63,007 nt of DNA, filler included, from Licmophora abbreviata (GCA_900291995.1; 10 parts of 10 records of this genome joined end to end with filler, not necessarily neighbours in it), one strand, 5' to 3'. Shown: positions 21,822-34,777, numbered from the whole stretch's first letter. The notes: a model not told the origin generated them from the sequence alone. Numbers and translations are program-made.

Positions 21822-23941
21822 ATGCCCGTGACAAGCAGAGGACTTCGCGGTCTCGCTCGTGATCCAAGTCCCATCACCACCACTCAGGGCGAGTACGAGC
21901 TCCTCAAGACGGAGGCTGCTCAAATCGAGCAGTGGTGGTCCAATTCGAAACGATGGGGTCATACGACGCGTCCCTACTCTGGTGAGTCGAGACGAAGAGA
22001 CTTGCTTGTGAGAATGTCATGCCGGCTATACGAATCATCACGGTATTCTGCTAACGAGGTCTTTCGTTCCGCTTACCTCAACACACCACAGCTATGGATG
22101 TCGCTTGCCTTCGTCCGTCACTACAGGCACGAGGAGGCCGTCAGCGCTCTCCCAAGTGTTCTTACTCGACGCAATCCTCCGACAAGCTCTACTCGTTGCT
22201 TCACGCCCTCCATCGCATCGGTGGCTACTCGCACACCTTTGGAGCCCTCGATCCTGTTCAAGCTGTCCAGATGGCACCCCATCTGAGCAGTGTATACGTG
22301 TCAGGATGGCAGTGCTCATCTACTGCCTCAACTACCAACGAGCCCGGACCTGACTTTGCCGACTATCCCATGAACACCGTCCCTTTAAAAGTAAGTGCCT
22401 GACATGTGTTTTCATGGCAGCTCAGAGTCGATCTCAGTGTTTGACCTTGCCATGGTATTTCTCTGACGCATCTCGCGCTCTGCATATTGCTCCCGTAACC
22501 ACAGGTGGATCAGTTGATTCGCGCCCAGCTTCATCACGATCGCCGTCAGAACAATGAACGTGCCAAGAATCTGTTGGCAGGAGTCGATCCTGGTCGCAAA
22601 GTGGACTACCTTACGCCTATTGTGGCGGACGGTGATACGGGCCATGGCGGTCTCAGTGCCGTCATGAAATTGACCAAGCTCTTTGTCGAAGCGGGAGCGG
22701 CGGGTGTGCACTTTGAAGATCAGAAACCTGGAACCAAAAAGTGTGGACACATGGGAGGTATGTACTTTTGCAATGCTCATGTAGCCTGGAACCCTTTGTT
22801 TGGCTCATCCACCTTGCTCGATCTTTTTTGTCAACGTCGTACAACACAGGCAAAGTCCTCGTGTCGACGCAAGAACACATTGATCGTCTTGTTGCAGCGC
22901 GTTTGTCGTGCGACGTGCTGGGTGTCAACCTCGTGATTGTCGCTCGCACAGATGCCGAGGCCGCAACTCTCTTGGACTCTAACGTCGATCCACGAGACCA
23001 TCCCTTCATTCTCGGTTGCACCGTTCCTGGTATGCGTTCCTTGAACAAAAGCGTCCAGGAAGCCAAGTCTAGTGGTGGCGACGTCGACAAGATTACCGCC
23101 GATTGGACGCGTCGCGCCAACCTCATGACGTTTGGTGAGGCGGTGACTGCCAAGATTCGGTCGCTGCGCAACAAGTCGCCTCAACAAAAGCAACAAATGG
23201 AACGAACATGGCTTGCCAGTGACCCCAACACCTTGAGCAATGCCAAGGCCCGCCGTGTCGCGGACTCCATTCTTGGACAACGCAACTCGGTGAGTAGTGC
23301 TGTACGAATCAGTAGAATGCGCTTGAGGTCTTGCATTTCGTCTAACGCTGTGTATCATTGTTGTCTTGTTTGGCCACCAGATCTATTTCGATTGGGAATT
23401 GTGCCGCGTCCGCGAGGGGTACTATCGTCTCCGTTCCGGAATCGACTATTGCATTCAGCGCGCCCGGGCTTATTCGCCGTATGCCGACTTGATATGGATG
23501 GAGACGGCAAAGCCGGGTATTCCCGAGGCCCGAAAGTTCTCCGAGGGGGTCAAGCAGATGTACCCTCATCAGATGCTGGCGTACAACCTCAGTCCGAGCT
23601 TCAACTGGGACGCTTCCGGGATGAGCGATGCGGAACTCGCCAACTTCAACGACGAGTTGGGCCGTCTCGGATTCACGTGGCAGTTCATCACCCTTGCCGG
23701 ATTTCATTCAAATGGACTCATCGTGACGCAGCTGGCGCGATCCTTCGGCGACCGAGGTATGTTGGCGTATGTCGAGAGCATTCAGCGCGAGGAGCGAGAC
23801 AAGAAGGTGGAACTCCTAACCCACCAAAAATGGTCGGGCGCCGAGCTCATTGATGGTATGGTGACCGTCGCCTCCGGAGGAATGTCGTCTACAGCGGCCA
23901 TGGGTGCGGGAGTGACTGAGTCACAGTTTGGGTCACACTAG
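21822..23941 (+). CDS. ICL: Isocitrate lyase; introns 21982-22091, 22391-22504, 22758-22849, 23290-23380
   Basis: 'YVSGWQCS', '[12 protein letters not shown]', catalytic 'KKCGHMGGK', 'YNLSPSFNW', 'HQKWSGA'; all four GT-AG introns restore the frame. Confidence 0.96.
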
Positions 23942-24260
23942 CGAACAGGCTTTTCGGTAAGGATTGGTTGGTAGTTCGATGTTGTCATGGACGACTGTTT
24001 ATAACACAATTCAGTTACATAATCTTATGAAGAGAAGTAACGGGCAGGAATCTGTAGCTTGTCAATGATTCATTGCATTGCCACCGTATGTACAAGGCGA
24101 AGAGTAGCCTATGATATCCATGCCTATGTCATGTTCGTCGACATCCGCGCGAAAGCGACTTTTCTGGTAGCACGTAGATCACTCTTTCGCCAGTAGTAAG
24201 CCGAGAAGGCACTCTATTCAAAATTAGCAACAACACTATTCTATTCGTCCTCGACGGTAA

Positions 24261-24950
24261 TCACTTCTTCCTGGTGCTGGTGCCGCCTCCTCGGATCTTG
24301 GCCAGAGCCGCCTTTTGCTTTTCTGTCAGCGTCTTTTTCGATGAGCTCTTGGAGGACGACTTCTTCAGGTCTCGCTTGTTGTTTGTTTCTGACTTGAGAT
24401 CCCATCCAATACGCGAATCAGCCCCAACTGCTGTTCGAGCTTCTCGCACAACATCGCATGTTACAATGTCCGCGTCGTGCGAAACAACACTTTGACCAGT
24501 AGTGGCCAGTCGATTGACCCAGTCCGGATAAGATTTTAGCTTGGCGTGTTGGTTATCGACCAGCTCATCGTATAAAATCAAAGCTGTCGCCAGAGTCTGC
24601 GTAAAATGATTGCAATTTCGATGAACTAGATGATAGGATGTCCCGTGAAAGAACTTTTCCAGCTGCTGCAAGACACCATTAATTTGACCGCGACTGACAC
24701 TGCAGGCTCCCAAAGAAATCGACTCTTGAAACACTGCACCAGTAGGAACACCCTGATTTCGCGTCAGCGTCTTGATCACACCAGCGTTGGCAGCAAACGT
24801 GTATCGATAGCTTTCGACTTCCAAGGACGTATGAAACGCGCCGAGGCCTATCGAAGGCAGCATGCGGGCGAAGAACGATCCAACACGATTGTTCTGTGAG
24901 TCTGTCTCCGAGGGCTGCAGACGATAGACGTGCAGCGTGACGTCTGCCAT
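24261..24950 (-). CDS. PPPDE/DeSI family desumoylating isopeptidase
   Basis: 'V.LHVY.L', 'FHTSLEV', 'YHLVHRNCNHF' catalytic His/Cys motifs. Confidence 0.9.
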   Translation of the reverse strand: MADVTLHVYRLQPSETDSQNNRVGSFFARMLPSIGLGAFHTSLEVESYRYTFAANAGVIKTLTRNQGVPTGAVFQESISLGACSVSRGQINGVLQQLEKFFHGTSYHLVHRNCNHFTQTLATALILYDELVDNQHAKLKSYPDWVNRLATTGQSVVSHDADIVTCDVVREARTAVGADSRIGWDLKSETNNKRDLKKSSSKSSSKKTLTEKQKAALAKIRGGGTSTRKK

Positions 24951-25746
24951 CTCTCTATGATAAGGCACGTTCGATGTAATGGATACTGTACGGTGCTTGC
25001 ATCACTGGAAACGCATGAAATGCAGACTGGTCGAGCTCACCAATGCAATGCCATGTGCAATTTTGTCGCCGGTCTGTTGTCGGATAAAAAGTCGATGCGT
25101 TGGGAAAAGCCGCACGCTTCGTACCTCGCGACAATCAGATCAGAGCTCGCACCAAAGCTCGGCAATCGGGAACTAGCAAGCAACCGATGNNNNNNNNNNN
25201 NNNNNNNNNNNNNNNNNNNNNNNNNNNNNNNNNTTAATTAATTAANNNNNNNNNNNNNNNNNNNNNNNNNNNNNNNNNNNNNNNNNNNNAATTCTCTTGA
25301 TGATCACAGCAACTACCTCCAACACACACAACCCTTTCTCTTACAATAGTAGAACATAATTACTTTAATGATTAGCTAGCTAGTAGTGTCTTGAATCTTG
25401 TTGCCTGTGTCATCCTTCGGTCGTGGCGTTGAGAGCACTCCGACATTGCGAATTCGAATATTACCGTCTCGTGTTCTCATTGCTTCCGCCACTCCCCCAT
25501 GTCTCACCGTTTCATGTGAATCTACTTGTCTGCAGCGGCTTGGCTCATACAGTGGGACCACTGTACACTATCAACACGCGATGATAGACATCGAAAGAAT
25601 ATCCAGCTTGAAGTAAGACTGGCTAATTTCCAACGCCTATGTCCCTCTACCTATCGTACAGGTTCTCGTTAGTGCCGATCCACTCTCATATATCATCTCG
25701 GTCCTTTTGGGACGATCCCATTCCCTCTGGCTCTAGAGTAGTAACA

Positions 25747-26433
25747 CTACGCCTTCTTCGCCTTCTTCTTGGTTCCTCCCGACGAAAAGCAGCTCGCTAG
25801 CAGACACCCAATAACCAAACCAACAAAAGACCCGATCAACAAGAGAACGACCGCTGCATTCTTGCGCAGCTGCACAATATGCTCGAAATCTTCAACGACC
25901 ATTTGCACATGTTGGTTCGAATTGACCATCTTGTCGAACTTCTTTTGGAATTTTCGTTTCTGCACTTGCATCCAACTCGGCGGCAACGGAACTGGTTTCC
26001 CCCCTGTATCGGTCAAGTATCCTTTCAGCAGAAATTCCATCATTCCCTCTACAGACCTGTCGCCAGCTTGGTAGTGATACATGGTTCCTTCTGCAAAATA
26101 CAAGAGCATGGGGTACCCCCGGACATGAAATCGCTTGGCCAGTTCTTGATTCTTGACGGCATCCACCTTGGCAATGACGACACCCTCCTCGGAGCCTTGC
26201 AGCTGTTGACTCAATTCCTCCCAGTCAGGCTTGAGTCTCTTGCAGGCACCGCACCAGGTGGCATAAAACATGACGAACCACTTTCCCGTCGTGTGGCCAG
26301 ACGATGCCTGCGTGAGATGTTCAAAATTCTCATCCGTCAATTCTACAACGGATGACGCTGCTTCCGAGTAGTTCGGAGAAGCTAAAAGTAGTAGAACTAG
26401 GGGGAGTACGAAGAAGCGGCGAATGAATTGCAT
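25747..26433 (-). CDS. ER membrane thioredoxin-domain protein (TMX/PDI-like)
   Basis: Signal peptide, WCGAC active site, 'RGYP', C-terminal TM helix and lysine-rich tail KKKAKKA. Confidence 0.9.
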   Translation of the reverse strand: MQFIRRFFVLPLVLLLLASPNYSEAASSVVELTDENFEHLTQASSGHTTGKWFVMFYATWCGACKRLKPDWEELSQQLQGSEEGVVIAKVDAVKNQELAKRFHVRGYPMLLYFAEGTMYHYQAGDRSVEGMMEFLLKGYLTDTGGKPVPLPPSWMQVQKRKFQKKFDKMVNSNQHVQMVVEDFEHIVQLRKNAAVVLLLIGSFVGLVIGCLLASCFSSGGTKKKAKKA

Positions 26434-26739
26434 CGTGGAAGTGGATTCGTAGACGAACTCAAGAGTGCTGCGATGAGAGCGTCGCCGCCGAAGATCTCGA
26501 ATGAAAATCTTTCGAAGATCCATTATCCTTTACGTTTCGAAATTGGAGTATAGCTGCATTTATGTACAAATGTACACTGATTTTATATAGAGTGCAAAAC
26601 CTTATTCTGTGATGAATGATGAGTCGAGTCAGTCTCGTAGTCGGAGTTTGACTCACCCGACTACTCGTTCATAAGAGTGTACCTACCACTCCAACTTACA
26701 TTGCTGTTCTTAGTATAACCTCGCACCGAGGTCTTATAC

Positions 26740-27529
26740 CTACACCCTTGCATAAACTAGATCCGTGCGCAGGACATACTTGACTCCCTGCTCCACAGCT
26801 TCCGCCTCATGCAACAAGCACCGATCACCGTGAATGTGCACCAACATCGCACTTTGTTCGGGTGTAAAGGCAACCGAAGACTCATAGGAAGTAGATGTAG
26901 CTGGATAGAAGCGTGTGGCGCCACCTATACAGTCACTCAAGTAGATCAATATCGTCATTTCTGTCTTATTACCGTCTTGAAGTGTCTCTGAGTCGTCATA
27001 GTGCTTGCCGAACGTCATGCCCTTTTCATACTTGTAGAATCTCAACTTTGGATTACACGAGACTGGTTGGTAGTGATCGGGGAAGTCAAGTGCAGGTAGT
27101 TTGGGAATTATGCGTCTCTGGATCCGCGCAAAGAGTCGCTTGGCCATGTCGGTATCGTGTCGCTGCCACCGAGAGCACTCGCGTTGTGCCATGTATCGTG
27201 TCCCGGGGCTGTTCATATGATGGAGTTCACCACTCTTTTCGACATGATCGATCCATGCCTGGCATTCACGGGGAGTAAAAAAGCGTCTACAAACAAAGAC
27301 GGCGTTGGGGTGGAGTACGTCGAGGGACGGTGACGCTGTCGGGTGAGAGTGCTTGTCGTCGTCGTTTTTGTTCTTTTTCTTGTTTGTTGTTTTTGTTGTT
27401 GTTGTTGTTGTTGTTTCGAGCGTCGTCTTCTAGGAGGTGGAGAGGCAGAGAACCCATGTCACTTTTTCTGCTGTTGTCGTGCGAGGAATTTTTCGACGAC
27501 GCTGCCGTTTTGCTTTTCCTTTTCGCCAT
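26740..27529 (-). CDS. 2OG-Fe(II) dioxygenase (prolyl-4-hydroxylase-like); 1-nt frameshift in AAC repeat at ~27384
   Basis: 'FFTPREC', 'LRFYKY...FGKHYDDS', 'YLSDCIGGATRF', 'LLHEA..V..GVKYVLRTD'. Confidence 0.85.
27381..27415 (-). repeat. Imperfect (AAC)n microsatellite encoding poly-Asn
   Basis: GTT repeats on the + strand. Confidence 0.85.
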
Positions 27530-27827
27530 GGTACAAGAGAGACTTACTGTCGCGGGTCGCGGTGTGGTCGGGGGTCGCCTGGCCATCATCCATCATCGTG
27601 GTGTGGGTCTGTCGGCGCCGGCGTCATCCTGTCCTTCGTCCGCCGTTCGGTAGCAACTTCGACCGAGCCCGGACTTCGACGGTTGCTAACATACCCACTA
27701 TATGACCGCACGAATACCTACATTTCGAAGACAACTCCAAGTTCGACTTCGAGTTTGTCAGTTGAGTTTGAAGTTGCTATCCCAATCCGAACCACAATAG
27801 GTTGCGATGATCCCAGCAACGACCACG

Positions 27828-30800
27828 ATGAGTCGATGTGTGCGCTCGTTGCTGCTCTGTGCAGCCCTTTTTCACTCTCTACATGCCAAAGAGTCGAAAT
27901 CCTGTTCAACAGACGAGGCCACTTGCAACCAAAATGAGACTCACAAATCTACAAATTCCAAAATTGACCACACGCCGCCATGTTCTCTGTACATGGCTGA
28001 GTCGCAGTTGGGCGGTCTTGGCCTCTACACTGCAGTAGATATTCCCCAACACACTCCGATTCCATCCTCCGAATTAGTCATTCCCATGGTCGATGCCAAT
28101 ACTCACGAGTGGGGATTCTGGCAAGCCTACTTTTGGAACGGCGACTTGATGGATACCGTATTGCACGAGAACCAGCACGACTCGCATATCTTTGTTCCGG
28201 GGATTGGAACTACGCTTCAATGTCATCCACACCATGCCAATATTGCCTATGATGATGAATTGACCCAGAATACTGGTATGCTTCATCGGAGTACCAGCAG
28301 CAGTGCTGGCGCATACACCTATCGACACAATTATACCAATCTGGCCATGAGGGATATTCAGGCTGGGGAAGAATTGCTTCTCTGGTGCAATCAGGATTCC
28401 GACACGCTTAATCAGTTCGACCAATACGGACCTTCGCTGAAGTCGATTGCCACGTTGGAAGAGGAAGGCCTTTGTCTGGATCAATTGCGACCTGGGCCGT
28501 CGACGGTGAAAGAGGCCGGGCAAGGGGCCTTTGCGACACGGGCGTTCCAAAAGGATACAGTCGTGACTAGATCGCCAGTCATTCATGTCGACAAGTATCA
28601 GTTGGACATTCAAGAACAGTATTGGGAGCGAGGGGATGACGATGACGACGACCATGAAGACCGTCTCGTCTTTTCCTACGAAAAGGTCGGAAAGCAGCTT
28701 TTGACCAACTACTGTTTTGGACATTCCAATTCTGATCTCTTGTTGTTGCCCGTAGGGAGTGTAGTGAACTTCATCAATCACAATGGAAAGGACCCCAATG
28801 TGGAGATTCGTTGGTCGGAGGCTGTGCAGGACCAAATGCAGGAGTTGTTGGAGACACCAGCTTATGATTTGCTCACCATGATGAAGGGATTGGAGATCCA
28901 GTATGTTGCACTGCGAGATATTCAAGATGGCGAAGAAATATTTTTGGATTATGGTGAAGAATGGGAAGCGGCTTGGAAGAGGCATACGGATAGTTGGACG
29001 CCAGTGAGCGGCTCAGAAAACTATGTGTCCGCGTTTGACTACGTTCGAGCGCATTCGGGAGACGAGATTCGCACCGAGTTGGAACAACGCGAAACGCCGT
29101 ATCCAGACAATATTTTCACGACGTGCTATTTTCAAGAGACGGAAGAGGATGTGACCCATTTGGACAAGCAAGCTCGTTTTGCCTGGAGACCAGAAAACAA
29201 TGGCTGTCTTCGGCCATGTGCTATTCTCGAGCGTGACCATGGCACATACACGGCTCGTATGGAAGACATGGATTCCGATGCACTGCCGCCGTGGTGTATT
29301 TTGTCAGGCGACAGCGTCGAGGTGCTTGGAATTCCAGCATCAGCAGTAAAGCTTGTCGACAAGCCATACACTTCCGATTTGCACCTTCCCAACGCCTTTC
29401 GTCATGTGATTGGTGCACCGGAAGGATTGTATCCGGAGGCTTGGATGAATGAAAAACTCGTGCACGAGGAGTTTGTGGCGAGGCGGGAGTTACGGGGAGG
29501 GGAGATCGTGCCCATGACGATTGAATCTACGGGAGAGCGCATTGCGCCGTATGCTCACACAATTGGAATTCCAGAGTCCGTGACTGACGCTTTGCTAGAG
29601 TTCTGCGATCGAATGGGCATTACAGACAAGTTCCGCTCTCTCATTGTCGACGGAAATCCCGTCCAGCCTGGTGGTGACGAGTACGTGAAGTTTGGTGGTT
29701 ATGACTGGTATGTGCAGCGACCGGAAGCAAAGTGGAGATCAAATATGCGTAAGTTGTCATGAATGTATGATGTGGGCTTATCATGTTGAGTCACTTGTGT
29801 GGGACAGTTGACTGATTGATTGGATGTGTATCGCTCGCTCTTTAGATTGGATCTCACCGGCAGACGAGAGAAGTCACATTGACTACCTACGGGCGCTAGG
29901 AGCTGGTGGGTACGACGACGTTCTCAAAAGTGTTGGGGAATACTTTGGGTTTGATGGGCTTGTCGTGTACCATCTTACTTTTATTGGTGTGAACCACTGC
30001 AGCCAAGGCTTTTCACATCATGACTTCATCAATGCGGGTGGCAAGGCTTTCAATATGATTATCCCGCTGATTCTAGCAAACGAAACCGGACCAGAATTAG
30101 ACGTGTCGTCTGATGACTACACTGCCGGCTACAAATATGAACTTGGTGCCGCTTCCATGGTGGGAGACGAAGCTTATCATGCAACCGCGGCATGCGACTA
30201 CCGAGCCACCGGGGAAATGCGCATGGCGGCGACTGTTTGTAAGTGCTGTGGGTGATCCTTTGTGGCGAGAATACAGCACGAATGATTTACAGTGTACCGC
30301 TACTCCTTTGTGCTCAAAAACAGATATGGCGGATGTGAACGAAGAGAATGTTGAATCCATCGTGAATGATTTCACCCAGGCGTATCCAACTAGAGGTGAT
30401 ACGGAGTATGTGCTCGCCCGTGCAGGTAGTCACTGGAAGAAAGACGATCCTTTCGTCCATCTTCCAGAACCTCTACCATCTAGCGACTTCCTCACGGTGC
30501 CGCTCGAAGCTGGACAGATTGCGCCAGTTATGATGAACAAAGGTCACGATACCAATGTCGAACACGTGTTTCGTATGGGAGTATCAGAAGATCTTAGCTT
30601 TACTCTGCTAGATTACATCGATCGTATGGGGATGTCAAGTCGTGTCCATGAACTCCTGCACGAAGGTCGTGCTCTTGAACCCGACCGTAATGAATACACA
30701 ACTTTCAAGGGGTACAACTGGCTGATCCAGCGTCCTCCGGAGCATTGGAACTCGAACATGCATTGGATCAGTCCGTCAGACGAAGCGTCGCATGAAGACT

Positions 30801-32660
30801 TCCTGCGGGCGCTCTCCAAGGGTGGCTTCGACGATCTGCTGGAGCGAATAGGTACATATTTCGGCTATGACGGATTGGTTGCGTATCATCTTACCTTTAT
30901 CGCAGTGTCGCACTGCCAGAAAGGGTATGTACACTTTGATATCGATTCGATCGGTGGCCAGATGTTCAACGTTATCGGTAAGCGAGCGGAACAAGCAGAT
31001 TTAGATCTCATTGCAAAACGAGGGTGTGGTTCGACCCCATACTAACAGCATACATCATGTCTTTTACACAGTGCCGTTGATCCTAGCTAGTGAAACTGGA
31101 CCCGAACTCGAAATTCTGGACCAGGACTCGAACTTCCTGGGAGGGTACAAGTACGAGGACAACGTTGCCATCATGGTAGGCGACAGCGCTATGGTGAGTA
31201 CAAACTTTACCCAGCAGTTGATGCAAACAAGCCTCTTTTCATGNNNNNNNNNNNNNNNNNNNNNNNNNNNNNNNNNNNNNNNNNNNNTTAATTAATTAAN
31301 NNNNNNNNNNNNNNNNNNNNNNNNNNNNNNNNNNNNNNNNNNNTCCTGGGAGGGTACAAGTACGAGGACAACGTTGCCATCATGGTAGGCGACAGCGCTA
31401 TGGTGAGTACAAACTTAACCCAGCAGTTGACGCAAACAAGCCTCTTTTCATGTCTAGCCTCTACATCTGCGCGTGAGCCACTCATGCATTTTTTTCTTGC
31501 GACTCGACTACAGCACGCAACTGGAGCGGTAGACTACCGATATACTGGCGAATTGCGTCTTGCAGCGACAATCTACATCGCGACGCAAACGAAGACAATG
31601 CTGCTGACATTATGAAGGCTTTCACTCAAGATTATCCCAGGTCGGGTGACACACAGTTTCTGCTCGATCGCGCTGGTTCTCATTGGAAGAAGGGCGACCC
31701 GAGTAAAAAGCTTCCAGCTCCAATTGGTGATTTTTCGGCTCCTCCGCTGAAGAGCAAGAAATATCGCAGATCACTTGGGCGTCTAATGGGGAGCCAGTGA
31801 CAGAGTATGCGTTTAGAGTCGGATTGCCAGAGACTCTCGGACCGGCTCTTCTGCGCTACTGTGATAGAATTGGGATCACCGAGAAGTACAGGTCCCTGGA
31901 AATCAATGGTAACCCGCTCGAACCTGGACACAATCAGTACATGCAGTTCGGTGGACACAACTGGTATATCCAGAGACCAGACAACTACTGGCATTCCAAC
32001 ATGCATTGGTAAGTACCTGAAGGAGTATGTTGGTGCCGATCTTCGTAAGCCATCTTGTGCTCAGGGCTGACGCTGTGACCGCTATCCATGCCCAGGATCT
32101 CCCCCGCCGACGAAGACGCTCACAACGACTATCTCAAAGCCCTATCCGCCGGTGGTTTTGACGAAGTTCTCGCGAGTATGGGGGTGTACTTCGGCTTGGA
32201 TGGCTTATCCTGCTTTCACATAACATTCATTGCTGTCTCGAAGTGCCAGCGTGGGTACATGCACCATGATTTCGTAGAAGTGGATGGCAAAGCCTTCAAC
32301 ATTATCATTCCACTCATTCTCGCAAACGAGACAGGTCCTGAATTGGACATTCAATCGAGCGACTTCAACATGGTGGGCGGATACCGCTACGAATACAACG
32401 TGGCGAGCGCCGTCGGAGACTCGGCCTACCATGCGACTGGTGACTGTGACTATACCAGCACGGGTGAAATGCGGATGGCGGCAACGATTTACATGGCAGA
32501 TGTCAATGAAAAGAATGCGCAAGGTATTGTGGACGACTTCACACAGGCATATCCGCCCCGAGACTTGGACTACTTGATGGAACGCAGGGGCAATCACTGG
32601 AGTCGCACCGATCCCTCGAAGCGACTGCCCAGACCAGACGCCGTCCACCAAGAGCTGTAG
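27828..32660 (+). CDS. Secretory-pathway protein with two SET-like domains and three 2OG-Fe(II) dioxygenase-like repeats; C-terminal HQEL
   Basis: Signal peptide; SET motifs 'GLGLYT...AMRDIQAGEELL' and 'GQGAFATR...FINHN...ALRDIQDGEEIFLDYG'; three repeats with HxD...H...R. Introns 29749-29845, 30239-30323, 30978-31071, 31194-31513 (spans gap), 32009-32095. Two 1-nt frameshifts at ~31580 and ~31755. Confidence 0.8.
31135..31452 (+). repeat. 109-bp duplication across a scaffold gap (31135-31243 = 31344-31452, 2 mismatches)
   Basis: Direct comparison: TTTAC/TTAAC and GATGC/GACGC differences, both intronic. Confidence 0.9.
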
Positions 32661-32765
32661 CTACCCCCTAAACTTTAGAACCAAATGAATACGAATGTAA
32701 TCAGAGCTGCCTGCTACGTTGAGAGATAGCTAACTACTCCAAACCGCTGAATGTTGTCTTCGTGT

Positions 32766-34777
32766 TCAAGACGAAGAGTCATCCGCTTTTCGGGCTCGCT
32801 TGGCCGGAGAAGGAACGGAAGGATTTCTCTTGGTCGGCGGTGGCGTGGCCGCTCTTGTGTCTCGACGGATCGAAGGCTCCGACTGTGAGTTGTTAGTTTT
32901 GTCCCGCGGAGATAGGGGGGTAGATCGATGAGGCGGCGGTCGCGAATTGCCTACAGCAGCCTTCATGTGTGTCATCGACCCAAATGCAGAGCCAATCGGA
33001 GGCCCGCCGTTTTTACTCCTTCCCCGAGTCCTTTCTAGTACAAAGTCGGGCAAGTCATTCTGAACAATGTGATGAATCGACAAGTCCATTCCGATGCGAC
33101 GCCCGTCCCATGAGTTGACCTTGTGCAGAAAATCCGACGTACAAAAGCGCAAGTCGACACGGTCGACTTCCTGCGAGAAACGCAGTGCCACGAAGAAGAG
33201 CTTTTCTTGCTTGCAGTCGGGTGCACTCTTGCCTTCTCCAAGGCACATACCACCCGGGGCGTAGCGACGATCAAAGTACTTGGCAAAAGGAAAGCTCGCC
33301 ACGCCGCAATCGGGGTTCTCGAGTCCGACGACCAACAAGCGAAGCTTTGATTCGCAAAGACGGAACCACTCCAAGAAGTCTGACGAATTCGATGCCGAAA
33401 TGTTGACTTGAAGAAAATGAAAGTGCCGTTCAAAGAAATCATTTCCGATGAACAAGTCTCTCCACAATGCTCCGCCTGCAGAAATGCGGTCAAGAACCTT
33501 CTCGGCCTCGTGCAATTCGCATTGAATTCGACGAAGCTGCGGGAGACCAACATTGTAGGATGAGTTCATGCTTGGATAGGCGGGCGTAAGGATGGGCATT
33601 AAGTGCAGTCTGTCGCGATGATTGGTACGAGGATTCCAGACGGGCAGCGGGGTAACTCCAGGTGGCGCGCTGGCAACGAGCGGTCCAAGCGTGACGGGCG
33701 TCGGCCAGTTCCAAGAAGCATACGTGCGAAAGAAGGTCTTCACGAGTGACGGGGGAGACTCTTCCGGGTGGTTCTGATCGATTTGCGATGAGAGGAGGAA
33801 ACGTGTGTGAGTAATCAGGGCATAAAGAAGCACTGCGTTGTCACACCGCCAGCAACAAGACAAAGTGAAAGACGTACCCGACAGATATTCGCAACAAGAA
33901 TCGCCCAATTGATTCCTCCAAGAAAGCCCAAGACATTCGAATAGAGTCCATGCACCGTGGCCCATTCCTTGATGGCCCGCAAAGTCGTCCGAAACGTCTC
34001 GAGGTTAGGCACGAGCGACAAGAGCATTTGTGCCACACGCGCTCCGTTGAGACTGCGCATCGCCGGCTCGTCCAATCCCACCAAGTCCGAATCGTCAATC
34101 ATATAGTCTGAAGGAGAAGTGGTCGTAGTACTGGCAACATTGGGAGGCAACAGCAGCTTGGTCCCATCGTTGAGCGGCGCAAAGAGCAAGTCAATAGCGA
34201 TGCCGTTCAGACAGAACTTGATGACGGGTGTGTAGGCCAGGGGGATGGGATGCATTTCCGTCACGCGCTCATCGTTCTGAAGCAACTGTACAAGAGAATG
34301 AAAGAATTCGCCCCGTGAACAGTGTGGGGGCGAGAGAGCCAGTACGTCAATATCCGCGTCCGGCCGGTGGACGCCGAGGCGATAGGAGCCAAAGCTGACG
34401 AGTGCGACACGCGGTCGCTGCCACTTGTTTCGTGAGACGCGAAGAGACTGTGCCCAGTGACAGAGGACCGATTCAAGAGCCGAGAGTGCTTGTTGACGAC
34501 TTCGAAGCCCACCGGGAGTATCGTAAAGGCCGCGGTCTTGCAAAACTTGCTCCAGCCGAGCCGTGTGCTCCGGAGCCATGGCCAAAGCCTTGGGCAGGGA
34601 GCCATTGCGTCGCTGCGCGTACGACTGAGCACGACGACGGCGAGACCTCTTTTGCGAATTGGACAAAACGGAGGCTTGGTTTTCATTCGACGACATGTTG
34701 GAGAGAGGCGAGCGTTGGGAATAGACTGTAGAGGAGATCATGGCGGCGGCGTCGTCTTCGTCATGGTGCAGGCCCAT
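32766..34777 (-). CDS. PAP: Canonical nuclear poly(A) polymerase; intron 33774-33877
   Basis: 'FGSYRLGVH..DADID', 'AYTPVIKF', 'SLNGARVA', 'YSNVLGFLGG..WAILVA', 'MPILTPAYP.MNS'. Confidence 0.95.
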
